DNA of 64,000 nt from Vicugna vicugna (Eukaryota): positions 1,485,319 to 1,549,318 of the forward strand of contig MU061579.1 of NCBI GenBank assembly GCA_013265495.1, in the 5' to 3' direction. The notes under the pieces are model-generated. The model did no database searches, was not told the DNA's origin, and saw only the letters and a program-made list of their open reading frames with translations. Made by a program: the position numbers and the translations under genes. Shown one piece after another: positions 39,830-52,745 of this stretch (position 1 is the first letter of the stretch; every line of letters starts with the position of its first letter).

Positions 39830-40065
39830 TGTAGCTCCTTCAGGTAAACATTGAGACTCCCTTCTCTATATTCTGTTGAATCTTATTACTTATCTTAATA
39901 AAATTTTAGTCATATTTAATTGCATTTAATTATTTTCTTCCAGTGGAGTATACAAACCTAGAAAAAACTGTCTCTGTCAGGCACACATTTTTAACACTGA
40001 GCATTTTGCACACTTAACTTTACACATGATACTTGATCAACATCTTTAGTGAATAAATGAATATT
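39830..40065 (+). mobile_element. L2 3' end
   Basis: Ends gatacttgatcaacatctttagtgaataaatgaat. Confidence 0.5.
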
Positions 40066-40944
40066 TTTAATTATGAAAAGACCTAAGGCATGGACTTCTG
40101 ATCTTGAAATACATGGCAATTAAATCACATACTAGTCCTGAAAAATACTGTAGAAAAGTCACATCCCAAAGGGCAACCTGTCTGAGTAGTATCATCTTTT
40201 GTCCTGCCACACCTAAAACAGCACGTTAATTGGGCTTTCAAAGAAATGCAAATACACAATTCATTTTTTTCTAAATTTCTTCAAGAGTTGGAAATAAACC
40301 TTATTCTATTAAATTACAGAAAGAGCTATGCTGATGCTTGCCTATTATTAAAGAGGCAAATGCATGTCAGAAGTTTTTAATTACTGAGAATTTTATATCC
40401 CATTAAATACTTAGGGAAAAAAAGCTTTATACATGAGAATAAATTAGAGAAGTATTATTTATGTGTTTTAAACCCAATTATCTAGAACATGTTTTATATA
40501 CTATAAAATGGAATTAGAAAGCCAAATAAAAGTGACCATATTGTGAAATACTGGGAGCATAGATAACATGCTTAGATATTATAATCTCTTAGAAATCAAA
40601 GTAAACCAGAGAACAACTGTGTAATGCATACAAAGAATATAAATATTCTAATTTGATCAATCAAAATGAATGATATATTTCAAATATTGTTCTTCATATA
40701 ACACTCTTCACAAACTATGATTTGGAGGTCCTTTCTTTTATAAGATTAAACACAAATGTAGCAAAACCCAACTTCACACTTTTCACTTGCTGGAAGTCTA
40801 TTCCCTAAAAATTCGGGGGCATCTTATTCACTATGTATTGTCTAGGATATGAAACACTTTTAAGTTTAATCTGCATTATTGATGTTTTCTCTGTCACTTT
40901 CTGAAGTCTACACAATTGAAAATAGTAAGTCAAAACCGACTTCA

Positions 40945-41288
40945 GTGTTTCCTGATTTCTGTGGTGTGAATACTCACATCATGGTTGATTTTAATCTACT
41001 AACGATATCACTGGAAACAAAGTTGGGATGAACTGCACATTATTGCACTGTTATCAGTCATTTCCACCACACGGATAAACACAGTTAATCTCAAGACCAT
41101 CGATTACAGCAGAATGTAATAACTGATGAATGTTGAATATTTATTACATTTGTTTTTAATATAATGTTTAATTATAAATTATGCATTTTTCAATAATGGC
41201 TGTATTTAACAACTGGTTTGCAACATTCCTGAAAAATTAAAAATAAGAGTTTGTGAGGTGATAAAATCTGGCTCCAACATACCATTGG
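40945..41288 (-). mobile_element. MER63-like non-autonomous hAT (Blackjack) DNA transposon
   Basis: gatttctgtggtgtgaatactc...aataatggctgtatttaacaactgg...attcctgaaaaattaa...ggctccaacataccattgg matches the reverse of the remembered MER63 consensus, including one terminus. Confidence 0.8.
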
Positions 41289-41449
41289 TAGAGGTTTAGA
41301 CAGCAGGAAATCAAAGACCAGCCTGTAATGTTAGAAATATGCTGATAGTCTACCATAGTACTCTCCAGACATTAATAAAGAAAGTATCTTATGGATTCTT
41401 TTAGAACAGCAGCAGTGAGTAGAACCAGCACAGATAATAAGTCCACCTC

Positions 41450-43170
41450 ACTACTGCTTCAAGCCAAGATAGAGTGACAGTGACCAGTTTTACCCTCTTG
41501 ATCGAAACAACTTAAAAACTGGACTAAGATGCCTTAAAAAAGCATATGTTCAGGCATTAGCCATCAAGTCATGAGGGTCGGTGATCTCTGAAGAAAAAAG
41601 TAAACGCTATCGTTTTCCCAGTCTTCAGCCTAAATAAAGTTTTCAGGCCATGAAGAGAGGGAAAACTCAGGCAGAGGCTGGAAGTCTCTTTGACTTGAAA
41701 ATATGGAGTTAGGAATCCAGAGGATCCAACATGGCTGGATTTCACAGAACAAAGTGCAGAGAGTGCTTCAGAGAGAGAACTTTGGAGATCTTCACAGTAT
41801 TCTTCTCAAATATTCATCTGAACACCAGTCAGTGTATATATGAGGATATTACCGATGGCTAGAGAGATAATCAACTGGAAAGATTAGAGGCCCCAGTTCT
41901 CACAGGACCAGAGAAAAATATGTTCCCATCAGCCTGACGGGAAAACCTCATAATTCACAGAGAAGCCATTAGACTAAGAGGATTCTTACCTCTGTGGTGG
42001 GGAGAAATGAATTTTAGACTAAAATTTACTGTGGACTCAACTCAAAATGCTTTAAAATCAAAAACTGAAAAGAATCAAACTGTTTCTAATATAATATGAC
42101 TGTGTCCCATAACAAATTTTCAGAATATTTAATAAAGGTAGATAAAAATACCTAGCTCCAAATAAGGTAACATTTTCAGATTTGACATATGAGAAATTGC
42201 AAGATACGAAAAGACAGGAAATTATAATTCACAGTGAAAAGAAGAAAAAATCAACACAAATTATCCATAAATAATACAGATAATAGAATCAGTAAACAAG
42301 GACACTAAATAGTTATTATAATTATAATCCACATGTTGAAGAAACTGCAGAAAGGATTGTATGCTAAATGGAGACATTAAATAAATGTTAAAAGAAATAA
42401 AATCAAAATTCTATAAATGAAAATGAAAATGTCAGTGATGAAAAATATGCTACATGAGATAAAGAACACACTAAACATTTCTGGGAAAAAAACAGTATAT
42501 TTGAAGTAGACTTGAAGACATAACAACAGAAAATCTCTGAAGTGAAACATGGATAGAAGTAACCTGTAAAAGAAAGAAGAGACTATCAGTGAACTGTGGT
42601 ACAACTTTAAGCAGCCAAATATATGTATAATAGGAATCCTTCGGAAGGATGGGGACAAATTTTTTAAAGGTGGCTGAAATCATTTTGCAAATTTGATGTA
42701 AACTATAAACCACAGATCCAAAAGCTCTAAGAACTCTAAATACAAGAAGCATTAATAAAACTGCACAAAGGTGTGAATTAAGTAAATTTTTCAAAAAAGT
42801 AATAATAAAGAAGATATCTTAAAAGCAACTAGAGAAAAAAAAGTATGTTAGGTACAATTAAATAAAGATAACTATGACAGCATATTTCTCTTCAGAAACA
42901 ATTCAAGCCAGAGCACAGTAAGGCAATATCTTTAAAATATTGAAAGAAAAACCAACAAATTACCAGTCAAGAATTCTTCATCAGTGAAAATAGTTTTCAA
43001 AAATAAAGATGAAATAAGAACTATTATGTAGACAAAACCCAAAATAACTCATTACTAGAAGACCTGCACTACAAGAAATATTAAAAAAAATTCCTTCAAG
43101 CACAAGGAAAATTTTACCAAGTAGAAACTTAGATCCGCAATAAAGGAATTAAATTATGTTCATGTAGGTA
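41450..43170 (+). mobile_element. Old L1 (L1ME-type) 5' UTR plus decayed ORF1
   Basis: 5' motif gccaagatagagtgacag...tttaccctc. ORF1 motifs atcagtgaactgtggtacaactttaagcagccaaatata, aagccagagcacagtaaggcaatatctttaaa and agacctgcactacaagaaata. Confidence 0.85.
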
Positions 43171-44049
43171 AAGACATTTATATAGGCATTCCTGTCTTGC
43201 AGATTTTGAATTTTGTCTTCTATATTATAGGAAAATATTTCTTTTACCTCAAGTTCATCTATCATGGACCTACACTGAGTGCAGGTCTCAAATAACATCT
43301 GAGTAAAAGTTGAAACCAAATCCAACTACTGGAATGCTCAAACTTGAATCTCAAATAAAATCAATCATATCATTATAATTAAACCATCTAAATATGATTT
43401 CTTTTCTCCAGTTTTATCCCAAAAGAACTACTTATCACAAATTATCTTAAATTGTATCGATATAAATTTGCAATAGCCTGAAATTTCTTTGTTAGGCAAA
43501 CCTTCTCTACTAGACTGTAACAATCTGACCAGCCCTTAAAACATGGGGGTTTCTTCCTCTTGTCTAGTTCTGGAATCTATGAAACTTAAAGGATAATACT
43601 CAGAAAATAATAAATCAAGGAGGTAAGACAAGGTAATATGTCTTCACAGGAACTGTTAAAGACACTGCTATTGTTACCCCATTATTTCACACTTGCCCTA
43701 GATGCGTGTCATTGAACCATTGGATTCCCAGTTCCTAACAAGACACTGAAAATTACCTTTGGCATTTGAGATCAATTATGTCACTACTTCTAGTTTCAAA
43801 ATACACAGAAATTCTTTTCAGTTGGAGAACTCAAATTGTATTAATGAGTCTTTCTTCTGAGGATTTGGGAGAGAAAATATGTAGTCCAAGACTAATTCAG
43901 TAACAAGAGGCAGGACCTTGAATCCTGTTTGTTTGAAGCTTCAAAACTATGAATTAATGAACATTCAAAAAAAAAATAAGGTCTATTCACTTCAGGAATA
44001 AACATAAGGGAATTATATTAATAAACTATGCATTTTTATTAAAAGAAGC

Positions 44050-44600
44050 TAGAAAGTGCAGAGATATAACATGCTTTATTTTTATAAACAATCTTTATCA
44101 CAAAAATTAATTTTAAAACTTCTTTTTAAATTTGAAATAAAAATCTCAGTGTGATTAGAAACTTGATAAACTTCTTTTAAAAAGCAAATGGATATGACCA
44201 GAATATGACCAAGAAAAACTTGACAAAAAGAAAATTTAGAGGACTTGCTATTTGAGATAACAGACTATGCTGTGAAAAACCCTAAAATATCTCAAATGAT
44301 TCAGTAGTATTAGTGGAAACTTAAGCAAAATACTGAAATAGTTTATAAACCTCAGAAAGTGTCAGAATTCTCCAGAAATTTATTATAACAAAGGTGACAT
44401 TACATATTAAAAGCATAAAGACAGAATTTCCACTAGTGCTAGAAAAACCAGCTCTCTATAAAAAATGAAGATAATGTTAGATCTCCATTTCACTTTACTT
44501 AGAAAGTATATTCTAGAGAAATTAACAGCTAATTAAATAGGATTCAAATATAACCAATAGAAAGTAGAAATAAATAAACATTTCAAAATGTCTTAGAATT
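44050..44600 (+). mobile_element. Very old L1 ORF2 remnant
   Basis: tagaggacttgcta...ataacaaaggtgacattaca...gttagatctccatttcac. Confidence 0.45.
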
Positions 44601-44981
44601 ATTTCCAATATAATCTATTATTCTTTCTATGTTTTTATTATTTCTATGTTTTAACATTAAATATTCTGTCATGGACACAGCCCTGATATTTTGCCAATTA
44701 ATCTGGTTTAAGGCCACTTTTAAGTGGACATAGGAATGTGAACATTTAAATTTCTTGGAGTGTGTGTTCTAGAGGTTCAAGATCTGAAAACTTTCCAGAA
44801 CATTTTTCTACGTATTTCATTTTAGTTTTGAACACTAGGTCCATGACTTTGACCACATATTGGCCAAAATGACACAGATGTTGATTTTTGCCAGCCATAT
44901 TTATCAAAAATATCTTTCAAATCAACTTGTTAGCCCATAATGCCAAATATTAAGCAGGAGATCTGCATATTAAGATAGAAA

Positions 44982-45232
44982 GTAAGGATAAATCCTGGGG
45001 GATGTAATGTACATCTTGGTGACTAGAGTTAGCAATATCATATTGTTTATTTGAAAGTTGCTAAGAGAGTACATGTTAACATTTCTCCTAACAAGAAGAC
45101 AATTTGTAACTATGTGTGGTGATGAATGTTAACTAAATTTGTTAATATATACATAAATCAAATCGTTATGCTGGACACTCAAAACTAAAACAATGTTATA
45201 TGTCAATTATATCTCAAATTTAAAAAGAAATA
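44982..45232 (+). mobile_element. L1MA9/L1MB-like 3' end
   Basis: ggggatgtaatgtacatcttggtgactagagtt...gaaagttgctaagagagta...tgttatatgtcaattatatctcaa plus an A tail. Confidence 0.88.
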
Positions 45233-46689
45233 AATTATACCAGATTATTTATTATAATACATGCAATGTTAAAGCAGCAGTTTGAGTAATTTTTATAATT
45301 ACACTAAAAAAGTTTGTGGTAACCCTCTGGAACTTGGCTGAGAAACCGGTATTATTAATGAACAGCTCCTTTTAGGCAATGGAAAAAAAAAAAAGATTAT
45401 CTTTCTCTATTTTTTTTCTAAAATAGAGAATCTTAAGAAATGAATTCAGGTCTTTTTATTTTTTTTGCCTTCCCTAAGCTTTATTTTTCATAATTATATC
45501 ACCCTAGACATGAAATGCAGTGACAGTAAATATTACATCAAAACATTTTAGTTTTATTCCAGAACACCACAAGAAGAACTTTAAGGAAGGAAATAAGCTT
45601 TGACGTCTTTGTCAAGTCAAAATTGTAGGTAATTATTTTAAAGTAGGTCTTCTTTTTTATTTTAAAACCGAAGGAAGAAAAATGGACATAATTATTCTGC
45701 AATGGAAATGTAAAAATAGTACTGTCCGTAATTCCGGGAGTTATCAATTCTGTTCTCTGTAATGCAGTAGAAACCTAACAAATAAAACATTTATGTGAAA
45801 AATGTAACTTAGTACAATGAGCTAAGTGCAATGAGAGCTATCGTATAGAACATTCAAATAATGAGCACTCATCTGAATGTTGTGTCATTTAGTATCCACC
45901 ACAAATATTATAGTTTAATGAAATGGTGTGCATGTAAATGGCTTATCTAGTATATTTAGGGATTTCCATAGTTCTCAATCCAGTAAAAAATCAAATTTGA
46001 AAGGTGGTAAAAACATGAACAATGTCATCATAACACATATGACAACATGGTTTCTATGATATTTCTAATTACTGACTACAAGATAGAGAACAAAAATTCC
46101 CTTTTATAAAACAAGATCTCTCCTACCCCTTATGCTACACACTCACAGAAAAATATTTCAAGTACTTCAAAATATATTAGAACAATCTCCTGGATACTTG
46201 AGGCATTTTGAAGGATGTCACAGACAAAAATAGGTTATTATCATTATAAGTCTTAGGAAAAGTCCAAAAACAATAAATATTAGAATGAAAATAAATTGTC
46301 CTTTGTTTTTCTGAAAGCAGAATAGAATTTCTGTTTATCTCCAAAGAACAACCCTACAATTTTATGCATCTTCAAACTTTTTGAAATAAGATAATAACAT
46401 AATTTAAACTGAATTTAATTTTGTCTTTGGATATATTTATTAATGGGATCAGAATGTACCTTCACATCTGTGAATGGCTGTATGTTGGACACATTTGCTT
46501 TATTTCATAAAGACTAGCAATGGAATAATTTCATGTCTATGTTAAAATATAGAAACTATAAAAATAACATATTAAACGAGAATTGAAGTAACAATATATA
46601 ACAAACTGGAACTGAGCTTCTGAATTTAATTACATGAAAAAGGACAATGAGTCTGTCAGTTTTAGTAGTCATAACAGGGAAAGTTTCCT

Positions 46690-46900
46690 TAGGGCTTACT
46701 AGTTACCTGACGCTGCTGTTAATGCCTTTTGCATATTAACACATTTAATACTCATAAGAACCCAAGAAATTGATGCTATTTTAATTAACCCAAATTTACT
46801 GATGAGGAAGCTGAAGCACAGAGATTAAATTGCCCAAACTAATGAGGAGAGCTGGGATTCATACACAGCAGTGTGGCTCTGGTCACCAAACTTCCACACA
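46690..46900 (-). mobile_element. MIR SINE
   Basis: tttactgatgaggaagctgaagcacagaga...gagctgggattcatacacagcagtgtggctct. Confidence 0.82.
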
Positions 46901-47305
46901 CTGGGGTGCCCTGGAAGCTCTGTGTGCTATGAACCTCTGAATCACTCGTGGGCTCTCCTTTCCCATTGACTGATGAGGCCTCAGACTGGTGTGTGTCTGT
47001 TATTATAGTCCAGTGCTACATCAGAGTTTACTTTTATTTGATGCTTACCTTTAATTTTAAAATGCAAAAAATATTACAACCAATGAAGAATAATTTAATA
47101 AAGCATTATTTCATTTGTAGAAGAAAATGATTGAGCTCATAGTATATGAAAGGCATCATTTATAATGCTGGTAAAGCAAAATTAATGATTCCTGGTACTT
47201 CTTCTGAAGGGGTTTATGACTAGTGAATGTTGTTTACTCTGTTTAGAATGTCCTTCCCACATTTTACCATTCCCAATTCCACCAACTCAAATTTGAAAAT
47301 TCTAC

Positions 47306-47756
47306 TTTCTTTTTTTTTTACTGAAGTATAGTCTATTTACAATGTTGTGTTTATTTCTGGTGTATAACATAGTGATTCATTTACACATGTATATATATTC
47401 TTTTTCATATTCTTTTTCATTATAGGCTGTTACAAATTATGGAATATAGTTCCTTATGCTATACAGTAGGAACTGTTGTTTGTCAAACTCCCAATTCATC
47501 CAACCCCAACCCTTTTTTCCCTGGTAACCATAAGCTTGTTTTCTATTTGTAAGTCTGTCTTTGTTTTTTAACTAAGTTCATTTGTGTCTTTATTTTTTTT
47601 TTTTTTAGATTCCACATATAAGTGACATCATATGGTAATTTTCTTTCTCTTTCTAGCTTACTTCACTTTGTATGATGATCTCCAGGTCCATCCATGTTGC
47701 TGCAAATGGCATTATTTTATTCATTTTTATGGCTGAGTAGTATTCCATTGTGTGTG

Positions 47757-47797
<41 letters not shown>

Positions 47798-48033
47798 ATA
47801 CCACAACTTTTTTATCCAGTCATCTGTCGGACATTCAGGTTTTTTCCATGTCTTGACTATTGTAAATAGTGCTGCTGTGAACATTGGGGTGCATGTATCT
47901 TTTTGAATTAGAGTTTCCTCTGGATATATGCCCAAGGGTGGGATTGCTGGATCACAGTATAAATCTATTTTCAGCTTTTTAACGAATCTCCAAGCTGTTT
48001 TCTACAATGGCCATACCAAACTACATTCCCACC
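47306..48033 (-). mobile_element. Younger (artiodactyl-type) L1 3' end, 5'-truncated, with an internal (TG)n(TA)n
   Basis: Poly-T then tgaagtatagtctatttacaatgttgtg. ORF 47717..47935(-) GIYPEETLIQKDTCTPMFTAALFTIVKTWKKPECP...WIKKLWY is the L1 ORF2 C-terminus. Confidence 0.95.
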
Positions 48034-48040
48034 TAATATC

Positions 48041-48226
48041 TTTTTTTTTGTATATATATTTTTATTGGAAGTATAGTCAGTTTACAATGTTGTGTCAATA
48101 ACTGGTGTACAGCATAATGTTTCAGTCGTACATAAACATACATGTATTTGTTTCCATGTTTTTTTTCACCATAAGTTACTACATGATGTTGAATATAGTT
48201 CCCTGTGCTATACAGTAAGAACTTGT
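48041..48226 (-). mobile_element. Second short L1 3' end, with a 15-bp TSD
   Basis: Poly-T plus gaagtatagtcagtttacaatgttgtg...gaatatagttccctgtgctatacagta. TSD ttcccacctaatatc (48026-48040) / ttcccacctactatc (48227-48241). Confidence 0.92.
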
Positions 48227-50049
48227 TTCCCACCTACTATCCTTTGATAAGAACTTCCTTGACTGCTTTGAGCACCAACAATTTTTCTTTAATTTTATTT
48301 GAATATTATTTTGCATAGATCTTTTTAAAATTTCTTTAAATGTTTTCCTACAATAAATAAATTTAAACAGTATAGAAGGATATAAAATATTTTTTATAAA
48401 GCTTCGTGTGTTTGTCTTCTGTCTCAATTTAACTCCCTAAAACCAAGCAGTATTCACAGGTTAGTACATAATGTCACCAAAAAAAATGAGCCAACAGTAA
48501 AACATAGCAAAATTTTTAATGTCCATACAAACATATCTATATTTGTATTGATCACAAGGTTGACATTTATTGGTTTATTTATACAAGTACAAACTAGAAA
48601 GTGAGATCCACTAAAATAAGAAAATGTTTTCAAACTCCTAGGAGAGGGCTTTAGAAGTGGCATAGTGTATATATTTGGTTGAATAAATACATCAATTCAT
48701 GATTTCATTAAACACACAAACACAAACACACAAACCCACACACACTTTGACTTGATTTGAAAATAAAAGAACTGGATAAAATGCCAATCTCTCTTTACAG
48801 ATAGCAAGGTTTATTTGAATCTCTATGTTTTTACTTTCTCTTTTAGAAAATAGTGGTAATAGTATATATGTAAAGAGATCTTGTAATAATGGGCATTTTT
48901 CCAAGTAAATTTCAGAGCCTGCTACAAACTAAATTATACAACAATACAATTATACAATTATACAACACATATTTTCTAAATTAATATTCTTACTAAAGCA
49001 TAAATATATGATTATTTATAAATATAATTTTGTATTTTTTATGATTATAGGAGTAAGTAACCTATGTAGCAGATAACTGTCTATACCTAGAGATCTCACT
49101 TATAAGATAAACCTGAAAATTATGCATTGTTTTGATTTTTCAGAGTAGAGTACCTGGAGTTGTTAGTCTAAAAGATTTTTAAATAAAACGCTATCAATCA
49201 TTTATGGAAATGCTATGATGGACTCATCATCAATGAAGCAAACCCTGTGCAATTACTATTCTTGGACCGGTAATCAATTCAAAGCCATTTCCTCTCACAG
49301 TGCTTCATGTATGCAAGAATTGTTGTTTGTGTGTTTTAATGCTGACTGAGTTTTGGACTCTTATCAGACCACTGAACAGGTGAAATTCTTCCAGAATGGT
49401 ACAGTTGACCTGTTCAGACCATGGTCTCACCTGCAGTTTTGCAAAACACTCAGTAGTGATGCTATCTAATATTAATTAAAACATTCCAACTCTTCTGTAT
49501 GATCATTATTCCACAGAGTTTCACCAGTTTCTTTCATAGTGAAAGGGATACAAAGATAGATGATTTATGAAAGTATCTGAGACTCGGTTTCAGCACAATG
49601 GCAGCTGGCTCATGATTGAGATTATGCAGCAATGTCTTCTATTTTTCTCTCACAGTTATATTTAGCTCCTATAAAAGTCATCTCTGGGAAGATATTTGTG
49701 AGCAATAGTTATTATTCAAAACCCAACTGAACTGATACACCAAAACTTCATATTTTTTTTTCTCCAAGGTTAATGAATATTTACAAAGTTAATCAAGAAT
49801 TGATATAATAATTCAGGAAATTTCTGGCAGATACTTTTTTTTGCTTTGAATAATCAAGAATTTTGCTAACATTCATCAAATTGAAAGGGTAATCACTGAA
49901 CTATTTATTTTTCACAGCAGAACATGAGAGACTTGGAAATTAAGGGAAGAGTTGGAAGAAATTCCCCAACTATCTGCCCATTACCAACCAACATTAGGGT
50001 GAAAAAAATCATTTTCTGCAATGGACAATGAGTAGACTCATGCACTTCT

Positions 50050-50180
50050 GCATTCATTCAGTAAACATATATGCAGCATTTACCTTGATTCAGGCACTAT
50101 GACAACAACAAGAACACAAAAGTGTCTTAGACATGGCCCCTCCGCTCAAGGAACAAACCATCTGAGAGACAGACTGAAAT
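50050..50180 (-). mobile_element. L2 3' end
   Basis: cattcattcagtaaacatat...caggcacta...acatggcccctccgctcaagga. Confidence 0.75.
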
Positions 50181-51772
50181 AGTAAAAAAAACAAGTCTTA
50201 TAACTGAAAATTGACTTAATGGTTCAAAGAGGTAGAACAGGAAAAGAAACAACTAATTACCTTGGGTTTCAGAGATAGTTTGAGCTTATTTGTAACTTAA
50301 GAAACAGTCAAGAATTGTTTTCAAAAATAATTCTATATTTTAAAAGATTTGAAAGTTTTACTGAGGTCAAAAACGTCAAGCACTTAATCTTTACAATATG
50401 CGTGGTTTCAAAGCCTAGGTTTTCAATAGACCATCAATGATACAGTAAGAGATATTCTCTGGGTAGTTCTGTATCTTAAATAAATAGTATTATTTACTTA
50501 TTTTGTTTTTCCCAATACATTGTGTTCCTTAGAAAACAAAATTGCTTGATTCATGTTTATGGACAGAACGATAGCTCAAGCTGAGGAAGAACTTGACAAA
50601 GCCTGGCATTGAAAACCGGATTTTCTGTGAGGAGTGAAAAGTTGAATTCTAGTCTAAATTTGTTGAAGAAAAAACTATGAATGCTAGTTTTTTTGATATT
50701 ATATGAAAAGTTTGCAGTTTTATGTTCCATATCTCACTCTTTTTTTCTATTACTGGCTATAGCCTACAATATTCATTCATACATAAAAAGTAATTCAGGT
50801 AAGCAAAATCACCCTCAATCATATCATCATGGCTGACTTTTTTGTGCATTGCCACATATTTTATTTTCTTATACATATTTTGTATAGTGGAAAGTAAAAT
50901 GCTATCAAAAAAATCTCATTCTCTCTCTCTTTTTTGTTGTGCTTGCTTGTTTTCTTTCAACAGTGATACAGAAAATAAAGGTAGTGTTGTTCCCTTTAGA
51001 ATGAAGAAACTCTGACTCTAAATTTGGGTTGCCCCATGATATAGACATAAACGAAATGCCAATGTTTCTTTTTTGCCACTAAATGCCGGAGAATGTGAGA
51101 AGCATGAATACACTCTGGGATATTTAGAAAGATGAGCCTTAGTTTGTAGTGGAGAACTTGAGAAAGCTGAATTTCTCTGCATAAAATAATGTGGGGAAGT
51201 TTTGGCTTTTTAGATTGTCAGCCAAGAGAAAGGGGAGATGGGAATCGTTCAAGCTGGTGAGAAGCCAGTACTCCAAATGGGGGTTAAGAAGGAGATATAT
51301 CCAGTACCTGGACTCAGTTCCCAAGTGACTTTGAAGAGTGAGGAAGAGCAACACTCAGTATTAAGCTGTATGTTGTGCTCTGCTGTGTACTACCATCTCC
51401 CCATTGCACCAGATTTTCATAGCATTTAGCCCACACAAACTTATTTAATTGGTTCTTTTGGGTTGATGCAGGAAGAGGAGCTCATCTGAGGATGAGAGAG
51501 GGAAAACATGGTTAACAGATGCTTCACATACAGAGATGGAAATGGAGAGTCGGAGGAGCTGACAGGAGCAGCAGGACCAGGTAAGAAGTGAGCACTTTCA
51601 GGATTCTCCAGAGGCGTTAGGAAGAATGATTATTAAGTCACGTGAGATGATGAAGTGAGTTTGAGCCAATCTTAACTAAATTTTAAAGGCCAACATGACC
51701 TTTACAAACTAGAAGTTCTGAGGAACATATGAGAAGTTCCCAACTGGCACGCATACACACACATGCACACTC

Positions 51773-52189
51773 TGCCAGGTCTGTATCGTGCCCCCACCCA
51801 CCCAAATTGATATGTTTAAGCCCTAATTCCCAAGGTGACAGTATTTGGGGTGGGGTCTTCGGGAAGTAATTAGATTTTGATCAGGTCATGAGGGTAGGGT
51901 CCTCGGATACCCTTATAAGAGACCAGAGAACTTGCTTCTCTCTCTATTTCTCTCTCTCTCAGTCTGTCTCCTTGTCTGTCTGTCTATCTGTTTCTCAACT
52001 ATGTAAAGACATAGGGAGAAGTAGGTTGTCTACAAGTCACAAAGAGAGCCCTTACCAGAAATTTAATTGGCTGGTGCTTTGATCTTGGACTTCTGTCCTC
52101 AGCTTCCAGAATTGTGGGACAAAAATGTCTGATGTTTAAGCCACCCAGTCAGTCTGTGGGATTTTGTTAGAGTAGCCCAAACATACTAA

Positions 52190-52193
<4 letters not shown>
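51773..52193 (+). mobile_element. MLT1A-type MaLR solo LTR
   Basis: ccaaattgatatgtttaagccctaa...caggtcatgagggtaggg...gatcttggacttc...gtttaagccacccagtc...actaagaCA. Flanks cactc/cacac look like a 5-bp TSD. Confidence 0.88.
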
Positions 52194-52222
<29 letters not shown>

Positions 52223-52302
52223 CGTCTATACACACACACACAACTTCTATATACACACACACAACTTCTATATACACACACACACACAAAACTTCTATAT
52301 AT
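52191..52302. repeat. Compound (CA)n repeat with a recurring aacttctata spacer
   Basis: Four (ca)n blocks, each followed by aacgtctata or aacttctata. Confidence 0.9.
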
Positions 52303-52619
52303 TTGCATTTGGACTAGAATTTTGTGCTACTGTTTTCTAATCTGCTCCTTTATTTAGTAGGGTACCATGGATGCTTCCCCAATTCATTAAATTGGGGAAT
52401 TTACTGTGACTTTCAAAAGCACCATTCTGTAGATATATGTAGTTCATATGTTCAAAAAATAATTTATTTTATATATATTAAATAATGAATTATTTTTTAA
52501 ACATCAATTCATATTTTTGCATATTCCCTTAAAATATTTTTCCTAGAGATAATAAAGTTGAATATTTTAAATATACTTGAAGTCCTTTTATTATAATTTT
52601 AATATGCATTGTACATATG

Positions 52620-52745
52620 GCTTACTAATCTTGATTATAAACATTGGTTTGTGGTATTTTCTTATTTATCTTTAGATTATTTCATAGTGACTAGTGCAGT
52701 GGCTGCACAAAATAGATATTCAGCAAATATCTCTTGGATATTGAA
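52620..52745 (+). mobile_element. L2 3' end fragment
   Basis: agtgactagtgcagtggctgcacaaaatagatattcagcaaatat. Confidence 0.5.

Noticed and set aside
49589..49607. REST/RE1 site (ttcagcacaatggcagctg)
   Set aside because: The left half fits, but the GGACAG right half and the spacing are broken.
52191..52302. CRISPR-like repeat-spacer array
   Set aside because: The intervening segments are (CA)n, the context is mammalian and there are no cas genes.
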